From assembly GCA_964106915.2 (NCBI GenBank), contig OZ066914.1: a stretch of DNA of 64,000 nt; one strand, 5' to 3'. Shown piece after piece: positions 12,199 to 25,872 of this stretch. The stretch comes from Podarcis gaigeae. Taxonomy: Eukaryota. The first letter of the stretch is position 1; each line of letters begins with the position of its first letter. The notes beneath the pieces were generated by a model. The model saw nothing but the letters and a program-made list of their open reading frames with translations. It was not told where the DNA came from and did no database searches. Made by a program: the position numbers and the translations under genes.

Positions 12199-15100
12199 CA
12201 AATGCTGCATTATTTTAAGATTCCCCCTTTGTTGTTCCTGTTCCGTTCATTCCATCCATCCTTAGTTGTTTTCTTTTGGGTGGCTGGGTACCTATGGGAG
12301 ATGGGACACAGCATTCCTTCCTGCTGACAGATGGCATCAAAGTGTACCTTTGCCCCTAACTGCAAATAATGAATTACTCAGCAACTTCAATTTCAACCAT
12401 GGCCCCCATTTCTTCCACAATCTGCTCCTGGCTATTCTCTAGTAGTTTCAGCAACAAGTGGTGCTCTCTGCCTGGAGACAGAGGGCATCTTTGAAGAGTG
12501 CAGCGATAATGGAAAGGAGGAGGGCAGTGAAGTGGTATAAATTGTAGGGCATGTGGGTGGTCCTGATTCTCATAAATCTAGTTAAATCTCTTGCACATCT
12601 TATCCAGCTCTCATTGACTTGCTTTGGACACCACACCAAACCATGTTTTCGACACTGATGCAGTTAGGAACTCAAGCACTCCCTGATCCCATTCGTGGCA
12701 ACTCCCTGCCTCTTTTTCCTGGTTTGAGGAGGGCCATTTAATCCCACCTGGCAAAACTGGTTTTCAATCCCAGGGCAAGCTCATACCATAGATCAGTTTT
12801 TGGACTAAATGGTCCAAACTACTGTATGCTCTGAACCAGAGTAGGAGGCAGGGGATCACTATGCAGAACGGGAGGAGAAAGAGGGAGTATGTTAGCACAA
12901 GACTCCTGGGTCCTCATTCACAATAGGGCAAGCTACCATTTGGCATTATGTCTGAACTGCCCCAATTCTCTGGCTTGATATCTTGGTTGGTAGCCTTGGT
13001 CTGTCAATAAAACCTCAATCTTTCAAGACATGCAAACATTTGCTCCTTATCTGGAAGTAACAGGCTACGGTGCAGGGTTGTTAACTGAAGCTTCTCTCTG
13101 AGATAATGAAGCACTGTTGACCTGTTACTTCCAGTAAGTAAACATTGGGACTGTCCAGGGCTCATGAATAGAGCCAAACCACCTTGTGTGTGTGACTTGA
13201 ACAGAATTTCAGGGAGAGGGTTCCACAGCAAGGAAGTATATGTTTCTGCTCAAAGGAGATGGGGGTACTGCCAGTCTTCCCCAGGTGACTGCTGAGGATG
13301 AATACACCCTGGGGACTTTATTCCACTCAGTTACAATTACAGTCAGAACTATCATTTTTGCTGGAGGATAATTGGTGTGTGTGGACTGTGGAGGTGGTGA
13401 AGAGAGGGGAGATTTGGGGGTGTGATTTACAAAGTAAAGAACTGAACATTACCAGGTAGTAAATGCCTAACAAGGAATCAAACTGAGTACTAGAACATTG
13501 ATTTGATATAAACGTTTTACTATTTGCGTTTTCTACTAATGTCTCATTTAAAAACGACAAATGGATCTAATCACAGATTTCAATATTACAAAAAGCCACA
13601 TGCTGAAATCATTATCTTGGGAATGATCCTATTGTGCGAAAGAAAAATAGCAAGTATTTCTGAGTCTCGTCAGTTTTCAGCAGAGAGTTCAACATATGTT
13701 TGAAGCTTTTCCATTCAAATCATTGGGATTTTAAAAATCAGATCATGCCCTAATACAGAGGTCCCCAACCTTCTTAGGCCCACATAAACAATTGCAAATT
13801 TAATAAATTGCCATTGGCACCACAGAATTCAAGTTTCACGGAAGAAAAATGGGCAAAGCTTTGTGCATCTCCCCCCCCCAAAAAAATACAATAGGCAAAG
13901 CATCTGCAGAAACTCCAAAGCAGGCAAAAAAAGAAGAAGCAGGCAACACCTTCCAAATATAGGCAAAATTCACATACCCCAAACAAAAGAAAAGTGGGCA
14001 AAACATCTCTCAAACACTTCCCCCCTCCCCCCCCAAAAAAATCAGTTAAAGCACACAACCAAACCAAAAATCATGCCGAACACCCCCTACGGAGGCATTC
14101 TGGGGACATTTAGGTCAGAAGGTGAAGTGTCTAGCGGGCCTGCAAAGTGCTTTCTACTTTCGCTCAGTGCCATTCATGTTGAAAATAATCCTCAATTGAA
14201 AAACTGAAAAGGGTGAGAATCTTGGTGGGTACCAAGGGAGTTTTGAGAGTGCCGTGGTGCTTATGGGAGGACACCAACCCTAATGCATTGGAAGACCCAT
14301 TGCCATGACAGATACAGAAATACAGATCATACTCGGGGAAGTCTGAAGCTCCCCCTGCTTGGTTTAATGCTACATTAAATGTCAATTGTTCGTTTTGTAC
14401 AGTTGCTATTTTAGTACGATTATTTTCCCTTGGTCTTTCCAAATAATATATAAATTATTTCCAAATAATATAAATATAATATAAATGATATAAAAATGTC
14501 TGTGCTGGTGACCTCCCACATTTTTCAAAGAGTAAATATTCTAAACTTAGAATTATTGTAAACTTATATTTTATTTTGTTCATGTTTTGGACATAATAAA
14601 TAAATTAAAAATGCTTTCAGTTGGCTAATCTGTCCACTAGCCAACAGCACTTCTGCTTTTCTTTTATCTAGCAATTTAAAAAAGCACTCTTCACAAATGT
14701 TGTATGGGTTTCTCTGTTACTGGCTTTAAGGGGGAGGGGAGAAGTCTGTATTCCACCACCCCCTCCAGTTCTGAGAACTCTGAACTGCCTTACAGAATAT
14801 GAGTTGGGATTGCAACAGCCTTGCTGAACTTAACTCTCTGACCTGCTAACCTAATTTCCTGGTGGTTTATGTTTAAACCATCTATCTCTCCCTTTAGCAA
14901 TGAATAATTTCTATTTTCTGTCCTCAGATGCTTCTCTGAGACATGGGGCAGCTCTCATCCCACACAGGCCTGGCTGGGAGAGGTGACAGGGAGGCAGCCT
15001 ACATACATACATGATCACGTAATTCTGCCTTCCAACTTTGCCCTTTTGGAAGGGCCAAAGCTCATAGACATGGTGATTACTGTGTGAGCAGTTTCTTTAC

Positions 15101-18100
15101 GTGCTGAAAGTACGGGGGGGGGGGGCAGACTTGGGCACACTTTCTCTCTCTCATTTTTTTTTACCCCAACTCATCTCTTAACTTTTTTTGATGTTCACTG
15201 GAGCAATAAACCCTGGCCTGAAAGGAGCCTCCCATTTTCCACTCGGGGGGGGGGGGCATGGATGGTGTGAAAGCAAGGAAGGCCATTCCATGGCTCTCAC
15301 TCGAACTTTGTGTATCCTTCCAAGCCTCTCCCAGCCTAAAAGACTAGGAGATTGAGGGAAGGCATTGATGCCTTGCTAGTGGTAGGCTGAAATTATCCTA
15401 CAGGTTGAATTCAGTGAGGTGGTACTTTGAGACATATTGCTGGACTAGGGTAAAAAAAATATGTTTTCAGCACATGCCAGTGGACACAGAGCAGTTCCTA
15501 GAGCAGGAAAAATTGTAGGACCATCTCCATAATTATTGCCCTAGAACAGAGATTTCATCCCTGTGTATTGGCTCAGCCTGTGACCTCTGTGTGTTCACAT
15601 TTCCCAAACTCATTGAACAGAAAACCCAACAGGAACTGCCCATAAATAGACAAGTTATTCAAATTGCCTTAATCTGCATCCTTTACATTGGCTGAAAATG
15701 GTGGGAGAGGGGCAACTGCTTCTTAGTCATTCATAGCTGGTGCCGGCTTTGCCCAACTGGTATTATCTGCCCAGTTCCTCTTCTAACTCTTCTAGCATTT
15801 TCTTTTTAGTGGAGTTGTCTCTTTCCCCCGTTGGTTCTGCTCCTCGTTTTGTTTGATGTGTGTTCCTCTCCTCCCTTTGCTTGCCTTTTCACCCATTAAC
15901 CAGGCCTGCCATCTTCTGACCCTGAAACGGCTTCTGTGTGGAATGGAAAGTTACACTGGAGTGGGGGGCTCTGAGAAGGTCTGCTAAGTGCTTGGATGGC
16001 AAGCCACCTGGCACCCCTATGTATCTTCACGATGAAAGAAAGGTGCAATATAATAAATGGACTATATAAGCCAACAAGTTCTGTGCAGCCCTCTCAGGAT
16101 CTAGGACTAGCTGCCTTACAGATTTCAATATGAAGATAATAGATGCTCCTATAGATCAAGCCCATGTACAGTGGTACCTCGGGTTACATACGCTTCAGGT
16201 TACATATGCTTCAGGTTACAGACTCCACTAACCCAGAAATAGTACCTCGGGTTAAGAACTTTGCTTCAGGATGAGAACAGAAATTGTGCTCTGGCGGCGC
16301 GGCAGCAGCGGGAGGCCCCACTAGCTAAAATGGTGCTTCAGGTTAAGACTAGTTTCACATTAAGAGCGGACCTCCGGAACGAATTAAGTACTTAACCCGA
16401 GGTACCACTGTACTTTAAAAAGAAGAGCTGTAGTCAGGATTGCAGATTTGCCTTCAAAATATAGCAAAACAGTCAGGATGGCTCAGGTGTTAACTAAGGA
16501 TTTGTGGATTTTCTCTCAGGCACACCAATTTATGGGCAATTTATGTGTAAATCATACACAAATGCCTGCAGTTTTATGGTCTGGGTAGCATTTAAAACAA
16601 AACTTGACAGGGTGGTTGTGCCAAATGTTCCTTGCAGCATCCATCATAATGTTTTGTCTCTCCTGATGGGGCAAGTGAATTTAACCTTCCGCGAGTCCTG
16701 TTCACGAGGCTGTCCCTTCCGCACCTCCCCCCCCTCATTGGGAGAAAGCTTTATTTATTTTTTTGGTCTGTGTCCTAGCAGGGCAGCTCTGGCCAAGGAT
16801 CAGAGTCCCTCCTGCTGATTTGTTTCCATGGCTAGAAAACAGCAAGTTCCAATCAAAAGAGGCTGGAAGAAGCTTAGCTGACCTCCTTAGCAAGGGACCT
16901 GGAAGGGGGGTGGTCTGCTTTTGGGCTCGAGATGTTTTGATTTTGCAAGACCAAATATTTGTAATTAGGCAACTGTGATCAGCAGGTGCCTTTCCAGAAA
17001 TCGAGGGTCCCCCAGGACATTTTGCACAGTTCAGCAGATTTGAGTGTCACCAGCACCTCGCCTCCCTTGAACTAGCACACAGTGCTTTGCTTGTATTAGT
17101 ATGCTTGCCTGCTCTGTGCCCTGTGTGAAGTGTTCTCGGTGCACTGCAAAACCATACCGGAAAACAGGTGATCAAAATTGTGCAGGGTTCTGACTCCCAA
17201 AGTTGGTTGCAGTGAGAGCCTCTCCTAATTTAAAAACAGTCATGGTTAAGGAAAGCCAGTTAATCCAGAAGGAGGATAGCAGCAGATTCTGGCTGAGGTT
17301 GAACTCCCTCTAAAGGACCACATTTGCAGGTTGCGGGGTCTGTCCAGACACTATACAAATCAATTTGTGGAGGGACAGGCAGCAGTGGCTAGGAGTGCCC
17401 TTACCAGCTTGGGCTGTTCCAGCAGCCAAAGACCTTCTCTTAGTGTGACAAATCTTGCCTCAGTTACCCATGCACTGGTTACCTCCAAACTAGACTACTG
17501 CTATGGTTTTTAGGTATGGCTTCCTTTGAAGATTGTTTGGGAACTTCAAGTCGTGCTAAATGCCAGCTGCCCAGATGTTAGTTGGGATAAAGCAATCAGA
17601 ACATTTTGCTTCAGTATTATATCAGCTGCGCTGGCTGCCAGTTTGTTTCCAGGCCCAATTCAAAGAGCTAGTTAAAATTAAGTTTCTTGAAGGACCATCT
17701 GTGCCCATATGTACCTGCATTGGACCTTCCTATTGACCTCAGCTCATAGATCTATCAGTGGGTAAATTAGATTGGCAGCACATGTGATAGGGAATTTTTT
17801 GTGGTGTGCTCCTGTTTAAGAAACTCCCTTCCCCAAGGCTTTTATTCTACTCCCATCTTTTTAAAAATTTTATTTATTTTATTTTAAGCCCAAATGTCTA
17901 AGACACGCTGGAGTGACTGGCATTCTTGTGCCAGTAATGAGGGGCTTAGCTGTAGTGCATCTGTGCTATTTGTCACTCTTGTTTTGTATTTATGAGTTAA
18001 ATATTTATTGATTTTAATTGCATGGTTAATAAAGTTTTTTTGTACTGCTTTGACTTATTATTCTAAGCTGTCTTGGGCAACACAGAAATAGCTTACATAT

Positions 18101-21100
18101 ATCAGTAAAAACGGCTGAGCCAACAGTAACAAGTCACCTAGGAGAATTCACCCTTGCCTGCCTTCAGCAAGCAAGTAAAGGATACTTCACTGTGAACCAT
18201 GGACTACTTAGTAATGCCTAGGTGGCTTGGTAAACTGACCCGGTCATAAAGTTATTACTACAGTAAAATGTCAGGTCATGCATTTTGGAAGATGGAATAT
18301 AGGTCAGAGCGATTACGGCTTGATGAACCATAGAATTCCACGTGGGTTTGCTGACTAAGGTTAGTAGTGAGAGCATACAAAGTACTGAGTGTGCTTTTCC
18401 AGACAGAGTTTGGATGTATTAACTTGGAGTTTAAAAAATTTAACATTGTGTCTGATGGCAGAACGCTGTGCATACAGATTAAAGCCACCATTTCTTCAGC
18501 TGTTCCATGCTCTCACTTAAAGAGTGATTTGGAAGATCTACAACATGGGATTTAGAGCATAGTCCTAATAATCATGCCACTCTCGTTTCGTAGATATGCA
18601 AGCACCGGGGTCAAGGGCCATAGCTCGGTGATAGAGCATGGTCCCAGTTGCAATCCCTGGCATCTCTTGATAGGGCTGGGAAAACCTGTGTCTCTCTAGG
18701 TTTTGTTGGACTGAAACTCCCATAATCCCAGACCATTTGTCATTAGCTGCCCTCCTCTGGTGCAGACAATTACTGAACTAGATGGGCTCGATATAAGGAA
18801 GTTTCCTATGTGGGGTTGCTTTTGGAGGTCCCATCAGTGCAATCACTTTGGGGGGCGTTGGGGGCTCAGCTTGTGGAGATTGGGCTCTGCCATATTGCAC
18901 TTGTGGACCCTTGGATTATGGCAGAACACATAGAAAGTCTAGCCTGCTGTCCCTTGCAGTAGCCTCTTGCGTATGCGCTGGGGTGTTTGTGTTGAAGCCT
19001 CATTGGTTTACTATGTGCTGTTGCTTTAAGAGGTGGCATATCAGGCCTCTGCACATCTTGCTCAGCAAATGAAATGTAGGAAGAGAGCTCCAAATCAGTG
19101 GTTGAGGGACTGGTTGTTGCACTACAGGTATAGTGAGAATCTTTGTTCCTAACATCTGGGGTTCTCAAACCCAGCTTTGAGTTGTCATCACTTGGGGCTT
19201 TGAGGGGTAGGTTTTTTTGTTTGCTGTTGGAAGGCGTTGCAATTGCTTTGGTTTCTCTCTCGCAGGTAACCAATGAAATCACACCTGTGCTGTCCTACTC
19301 ATACATGGCTGTCTTGGTGCCCATCTTCCTGTTGACCGACTACCTGCGGTACAAGCCGGTGCTGGTGCTGCAGAGCCTGAGTCACATTGCCATCTGGCTG
19401 CTGCTGATCTTCGGGACCAGCATCCTTGCCATGCAGTTCATGGAATTCTTCTACGGCATCACCATGGCGGCGCGGGTGGCCTACTCCTCGTACATCTTCT
19501 CCCTGGTCACCCCTTCGCGCTACCAGCGCATGGCTAGCTATTCCCGCACCTCGGTCCTCATGGGAGTCTTCGCCAGCTCCGTGCTGGGGCAGCTCTGTGT
19601 CACAGTGGGGGGCACCACCTTCACGACCCTGAATTACATCTCCCTGGGGTTCATGGCCTTTGGGCTGCTGCTGACGCTCTTCCTGGAACGCCCCAAGCGC
19701 AGCCTCTTCTTCAACAGGAGTGAGCCTGTGTGCAATGGCACCTCGCCCTCTGAGCTGGACAAAATGAACGCTGGGGCCGGGGATCCAGCGTGGCACAAGG
19801 CCCCCACCTGGAAGAACATGGTCTTTTTCCGGATGTTAAAGGAGCTGGCGGCATTTATAAGGCTGCCGCAGTTAAGACTTTGGTCCCTTTGGTGGATATT
19901 CAATTCTGCTGGCTACTACCTAATACTCTATTATGTGCAGATTTTGTGGAATGAGATATATCCCACAAGAGACAACAGGAAAATCTACAACGGAGCTGTG
20001 GAAGCTGCTTCAACGCTCCTCGGTATATAGATCCTCCCCCACTTCCCATTTGAGCTTGATTATAACCCCACCCCACCCCTTTCTCTCTCTGCTTTATGCC
20101 CCAAATATGAATTCAGAGCACATAGCAGAGTCTCCTAGACCATGGTCCTAAAGTAGCGCATTTTTCCATCTATAAGACGCCCCCATGTATAAGACATCCC
20201 TTATTTTGGGGGACTCAGATTTAAGAAAATGGGGGGAGATGGCTCAGATTATAAGATGCCCCCTAATTTTTGACGTTATTTTTTAGGGGAAAACCTAGTC
20301 TTATACACGGAAAAATACAGTACATTCATGCAAAGGCAATTTCTGCTAAAATTACTTGGGTTTAAAGCAGCTTCAGGTGATGCACCTCAGGGATCTCCCT
20401 GCATAGAGAATCTAGGCTAACCATTCCACTAACCTTCCCCAACCTGGTACTTGCGAGGTTGGTCTACAAGCATGCATTATTGTGTGCTAAAGCTCAGGGA
20501 TTATGTGCATTGCTCTGCATGCAGATGTGTATAAGCTCAGTATTTGTCATCTCAAGCCAAAAGGGATCGTAGGGTCACCGTCAACCAGAACAGGGAGCAT
20601 TGGGAGCAGATGCAGTAGTGGCTACACCGAAGAACTTGATCAGTCTGGTCCCAGCAAGGAAGCTGTGCTTGGAAAGATCACTGGCTTTCCCGAGTTGCCT
20701 CTCAACTCTCTGGGTTTTACACTGCAGTTCCCCAGCTGGTAGCATGTTTTGAAACATCCTGTTAAGAGTTTTACTCTTTTCTCACACCCAGAATGGTGGT
20801 TTCATTTGCATCATCCTAAAAACCATGCTAGAACTGTGGTGTATACTTGGATGCATTGCATCTCTAGTGCAAAAGGCTGATGCCCATTACAGGAAATGTA
20901 TTATGTTGAAAGTGACCCACCCCTTACCTTTACAGCTGGATCCAGAGCAACTTGGTTACTAAACGTTTTTAAGGGCTTGTCTCAGGACAAGTTTCCCCCC
21001 TACTTCTGTGAGAGTTGCGCTTTATGAAGCTGAATCCCATTCAGTATCTGTCCAAAAAACCAAACCTAGCTTGCTAAATCCAACTAGGAAGGGCAAAAAT

Positions 21101-24100
21101 TCCTCTCCCCATGTACGTTTCATTGCAGAACTGACATAGAAATAACTTGCTGCATAGTCCTTCTAGGGCAGGGCAGGGGAACCTGTAGCCCTCCAGATGT
21201 TTGAACTTCTGGCTGGGGCAAATTCCAACAACATCTGGAGGGCCATCATCCCCCCCTTCCCACTGTTCTAGGACATTTTTTGTTGTTGTTTGTATGGTAT
21301 GTCCCCATTTTTCAGCTGCTCAGCTGTATACAGTTTTATTCCTGCAAACAAACAAAAAACTGTCCAGAACATAAAATATTTTTGGTCATTGTGTGCATGT
21401 TTGTATCCTAGTGTAAAGTGTTGGGTTAAAAATGTCTGAAACAAAAGGTGTTCAGGGAAGCAAAGGCTAGTGCCCAAAGAGAAATTGATTCCTCAATTAC
21501 CTTGGGCTTAAAATAATCTCCTTGGATATTTGGGGTAGAAATTGTCCCTTGGGTTTTCCCCAACAATGACTGTTCTGCTGTGCCCCTTGTTGCGAGTGCC
21601 GCTTTGGAGAGTGGAGGCCTTGCTGTCCATACCTGGTCCTCTCATCTATACCTTGACAACATGCATGTGTCTTTGCAGGTGCCGTCACCTCCTTTGCTGC
21701 GGGCTACGTGAAGATCCGTTGGACGCTGTGGTCAGAGCTTGTGATTGGTGTAGTGACAGCATTCCAGGCAGGCCTCCTTTTGCTGATGAACACTACTGCC
21801 AACATCTGGCTCTGCTACGTGGCTTACATCCTCTTCAGGGGCTCCTACCAGTTCCTTGTGCCTATAGCCATGTGAGTGGTGAGAACAACTTGATGACTAG
21901 GCCTCCATTAGCCACGCTGGTGGTGAGGAACATAAAGATTATGATATCCATCATTACCTGGATATATATTGTCATTCTCACTCTTTTCAACATGCAAAAA
22001 GATGTGGGGGTGGTTTGCATGCATACCCCAATATATAGTAGACCAGATTAGCTTTCTAGTATCTGCTTTGCTATAGCAGGGATTGTAATGCCAATAAATA
22101 TCCCCCCACCCTTGTAAGGATGCCAAGAATAACCTTTTGGTCCCAGGGTAGATATGTTGTTGGAGGCTTTTAGTATTCAGCCTAGGTTAACAAGCTACGG
22201 TGATTGCTGCTGATGTTCTGAATGATATTAGTTAATTTGTTGGAAATGCTAAGGTGGGGATGGTTAACTAAATACAAAGAACTGGATTAGGCGGTCTTTA
22301 GCCAGCAACTGTATGCCTTTAACCATTGGATATTTCACTAACATCAGTGATAAAGGTATTACAGCTTCCCAAACTCTCCTCTTGGTGTAAACACTCCCAA
22401 GCTGCCTTCTAAGGTCAACACAAAATAACCAGCATTAGCCATCTTCGGCTTGTAAGTAAAAATGCACTGATCTTTGCGAGTGCCTTCTTGTCGGTGATGC
22501 TGCAGCATACCAGCTGTGGCTGGGGCCTGGGATGGAGAACCTGTGGCCCTCCCTGTGGGACTGCAAAAGTTATCACAGGGATAACTGGCTTGGCCAAGAA
22601 TTCATAGCAATTTCACCTTTTGTCAGTATCGGGACGGTGAACTATCCTCAGCCCCAGGGAGCATAGCCAGTAGTCTGGGATCATAGGAGCTGTAGTCCTT
22701 CATTGTCTGGATGGCCACAGGCTGGCCACCATTGCCCTGAGCCATAAAGCGACCCTCCCTTTGTCCTTGGTGCCTTTTCAGGGCTTGCCAGCAGAACTGA
22801 CCTGCCTTCCTCTCTTTCTCTCGCTTTGACCAAAGTTTCCAGATTGCAGCTTCCCTGTCCAAAGAGCTCTGTGCCCTGGTGTTTGGAATCAACACTTTTC
22901 TCGCCACAGTTCTCAAGACTGTCATCACCATCATCATAACAGATAAGAGAGGTCTGGGTCTCTCAATCCACCCTCAGGTAAGAAGCACAAGTGACACTGA
23001 GGCTTGCGGTAGTGGGCTTTTGATCAGACCTAGCTGCCTTTGCGGCTTACTTTGTAGGTTCCTCCTGTGGAAGGAGGTCCTTTGAATAATCTGGTGAACC
23101 ACATAGTGGGAACTCAAAGGGACTTATTTGCAGTAGATCCTCTTGCCTTGCTTCGACCACTTTTGGCTGTTGGCCCCATTCTATGCATTGCCCATCATGT
23201 TTTGGAGTGGAAGCAGGGCTGGCAAAAATTAAAAGGCATGTAAGCCAAGAAAAATAGAACTTCTGTTCCTTATCTTCTTTATTTATTTATGTTAAGAGAC
23301 TTATGCCCTTGCTTTGGGTAAGTTTCTAGGGTGGCTAACAGTCAGTTCTGTCCTTTCCAAAAAATGAAAGGTTTCTGCGAGAGTTTTAACACAGTGATCC
23401 TAAGCACATGCCAAATCACATGATTTCAATGGAACTTGTTGCTGAGCAAAGTTCTGCTGAGTTAACAGAACTACCCCCTAATAAACATGTAAATGTATTA
23501 ATCCTTGCCATTTGCGGATTTCTCTTACATTGTCCTCAACAAAAGCTTCATCCATCCTGCAAGAATCGAGCTTATATATTTTTTTTAAAGATGCTGATCT
23601 GGAAGCTGCAAATGTAATCTGTTCCCGTAAGGGCTGTCATTGCTGGCTCATGGCTGTGGTGGGATTAACAAAGCCTTGTAATTACCTGCTGCTCATGTGA
23701 CAAGATAAGAAATGATGGCAGTGCATTGGAATAGCATGGCAGCAGGATATGCATGTGTGTTTAAATCTTCCTTAATGGAAGTAGCGGGCACAGGTTGGAG
23801 AAATATTTGGTTGGGTTAGTTCAGGTAGACTTCATTGATGAAGCTGGAGGAAAAGTAGGGTGCCTTTTTTAACTAGAGTTCCAGCTTTATGTATGTCGCT
23901 GCAAATGAGGTTGGCAGATGCACATCATGAGTGGAATTCCTGCTGTCAGAGATGGGATATGATTTTGACTTACAATAGCTACATAGAACATCCCAGCTCA
24001 GATGCTGTGTTCTGGCAAACAGAAAGCAATGGGGGACAATTGCTGTTAGGCCTGTATCTGGGAGCTTGAGAGGAATTTTCACCTGGCTGGCCGCTAGAGT

Positions 24101-24442
24101 AGATGGACCTCTGATCCAATGGGGCTCTTCCTGTTCTTAAAGAGTTTCCCTCCTAGCTCTATTCTGTGCTTCTGTGGGCTGCTGATCATTTCTGGGTTTT
24201 TTAGTGCTTTGGAGGAAAATAAGGCACAGGGCCTCAACACATCGTATGTCCCTCTTTCTCTTTTCCAGTTCTACGTTTACTTCAGCTATTTCACGCTCCT
24301 GACAGTGGTGTATCTTTCTGCATCTGTGTATGTGGCTGTGAAGCATAATGGATGCAGGAAACCTCCAGAGGAAGCACCACCCAAGGAACTCAGCATGCCA
24401 GTTGAGGACAGAGGGACAGAGCTGGCTAACTTGGAAGTCTGA
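10881..24442 (+). CDS. SLC19A1: Reduced folate carrier SLC19A1, spliced CDS join(10881..11057,19266..20022,21679..21871,22836..22977,24269..24442), 480 aa
   Basis: RFC motifs YLCFYGF..RPGESFITPYLLG, VTNEITPVLSYSY..LLTDYLRYKPV, FQIA.SLSKELCALVFGINTF. All junctions are GT-AG and phase-consistent (1443 nt). Convergent with COL18A1 as in other amniotes. Confidence 0.97.
11338..11576. mobile_element. PIF/Harbinger-like MITE
   Basis: TIRs GGGTTTATCCACACTTACCTT / AAGGTTAGTGTGGATAAGCCC; 3-bp TSD TGA. Confidence 0.75.
11585..11700 (+). mobile_element. CR1 LINE 3' fragment
   Basis: ggtggactctc...gaggtatttaagcagaggctggatg, similar to 42030-42080. Confidence 0.6.
12148..12192. repeat. (CT)n microsatellite
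   Basis: Direct reading. Confidence 0.95.
16169..16410. mobile_element. Tc1/mariner MITE
   Basis: TIR CAGTGGTACCTCGGGTTA at both ends; TA TSD; second copy at 47040-47259. Confidence 0.92.
17295..18085 (+). mobile_element. Old L2 LINE fragment
   Basis: Degenerate ORF2 peptide VTHALVTSKLDYC and a WLPVCFQAQFK-like segment. Confidence 0.75.
18614..18811 (+). mobile_element. tRNA-derived SINE (degenerate)
   Basis: gggccatagctcggtgatagagc head; related pieces at ~26520-26700 (-), ~35228-35300 and ~60740-60870. Confidence 0.6.
19266..20022 (+). CDS. SLC19A1: SLC19A1 coding exon 2 (VTNEITPV...AASTLL), 757 nt
   Basis: ctctctcgcag|GTAACC; donor CG|gtatat; hydrophobic MFS helices. Confidence 0.96.
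20156..20320. mobile_element. Tc1/mariner-type MITE
   Basis: Imperfect TIRs (attttt)ccatctataagac / gtcttatacacggaaaaatacag; TA flanks. Confidence 0.8.
21679..21871 (+). CDS. SLC19A1: SLC19A1 coding exon 3 (AVTSFAAGYVKIRW...YQFLVPIA)
   Basis: ctttgcag|GT; AT|gtgagt; contains LFRGSYQ motif. Confidence 0.95.
22836..22977 (+). CDS. SLC19A1: SLC19A1 coding exon 4 (FQIAASLSKELC...SIHPQ), 142 nt
   Basis: Frame requires the AAG acceptor ending 22835; donor CAG|gtaaga. Confidence 0.93.
24269..24442 (+). CDS. SLC19A1: SLC19A1 last coding exon (FYVYFSYF...ANLEV*)
   Basis: ttttccag|TTC; TM12 plus short tail; TGA at 24440-24442. Confidence 0.93.
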   Translation, partial: FYVYFSYFTLLTVVYLSASVYVAVKHNGCRKPPEEAPPKELSMPVEDRGTELANLEV

Positions 24443-25749
24443 GAAAACGCTGGATGGGGAAGAAAAGAGGAGCTGGCCTACCTGCATACTCCCAGCTGGG
24501 ATGCAACACACAGAACTCCCACGTTAATCAGCACTTAGAAGCATCTCAGCTTTCCAGAGTATCAGATCACTGCAGAAGGAAAAGGCCTTCCTTAACTTTA
24601 GGGCTTCTGCATCAGCAGCACGCAACCAGATGACTGGATTTCCCCCCAGTCTTGGTCATGTGTGTGGCATAGGCTCCTGAGCTCAGGTGAGATTATGGAG
24701 ACAGTTACCAGTGTTATGGTTGGCACCTGGTGATTTTATGAATGTAGTTTTAAACACTGATAATACTCTGCACGCTTTCCCCTCAGCCTTTAAAAGAAGT
24801 CAACAGCAAGCAAGATGGATGCAGGTACTTTTTTTAAAAAAATAATACAATAGTTTTACTTTTTATAAAACAATCAATTTGTTACCAGTAAATATAGTCT
24901 GCTGGGAGTTATGGATTGTAATATTTGTTGAAGCTTTCCTCCTAAGAAAATTGAGCTCCTTTTCATATTTGGTTTTTAAAAGTCAAAGTTATGCTTAAGA
25001 AAACAGGACTGAGAGTAAGGCTGCCAACCTAACTCACGTCCTCTCATCCATTTGGGACAGTGAGTGGCAAACACAATGCGCTTTTAACAATCACTTTAGA
25101 TCCTCTGGAGGAACATAATCCTTGGAAAGTATACACTGGCATTTTGTTCTGACTTGTAAATTCTTGTTCTCTTCCACTTTCCCCACCAAAGACGATTGAT
25201 TTTCAAATACCTTCACTGTCACATAATTTCTACTGGCTGCAGTAGTATGCTCAGCGGGCATTTTGAGAGGAAGATGAGGTCTTTAGCAGAGTCCTGATGA
25301 CTTTCCAAACTAGCTTGGACTTTTCATCTGGTTTTGCCTCCAGGGGCCAGTTCCACGAATCCTGCTAGACCTGTAGGCCATGGGTGGTAGTCACACAGTG
25401 GCTGCTTAACATAAAATGGCCATATGAAAAGGAGCATGGCCACAAAAAGGTGTAGCCGTGCCCCCCCCCCCCAATCAGCCCATAGGCACTCACTTGCTCA
25501 TGGAAAGCTCTTTGTGATGCTGTTCTGTTCAGAAGGGAAGGTGAAATGTGTGCTGGGAGTACATTCAGTGTAGGAAGACCAAACAGTCTATTATTGTGTA
25601 TCGTGGATTTTTTTTCCAGATACCACGCTGGTGGGCTTGTGAGTGCCACCCTGGCACTTCCAGCCTAAAATGCACTTTTCCCATTCTCCTGGAGCAAATG
25701 GAGTCAGGGTTCAGTTCAGGGATGTAGACAGAGCCCTCTACAATCCCAT

Positions 25750-25793
25750 GCAAATGAACAACAACAAATAACAAGAGGATACTTTCCTTTATT
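25750..25793 (-). terminator. Candidate distal COL18A1 polyA signal with GU-rich downstream element
   Basis: Minus AATAAA at 25793-25788, then TTGTTATTTGTTGTTGTT. A proximal minus AATAAA lies at 26474-26469. Confidence 0.6.
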
Positions 25794-25872
25794 CAGTGCC
25801 TTTAGAAAACAGTTTATAGAACACAACACACAACTGACAAAGATATAGAGATCCACAGGCTTTTAAAATTGC

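Noticed and set aside
18614-18690. tRNA-like sequences (also ~35228, ~35640, ~54700)
   Set aside because: SINE heads without a complete cloverleaf; not tRNA genes
19143-19265. N-terminal part of the 295-aa ORF
   Set aside because: Intronic read-through upstream of the acceptor at 19265; RFC homology starts at VTNEI
21542-22051. 169-aa ORF
   Set aside because: Off-frame overlap with SLC19A1 coding exon 3
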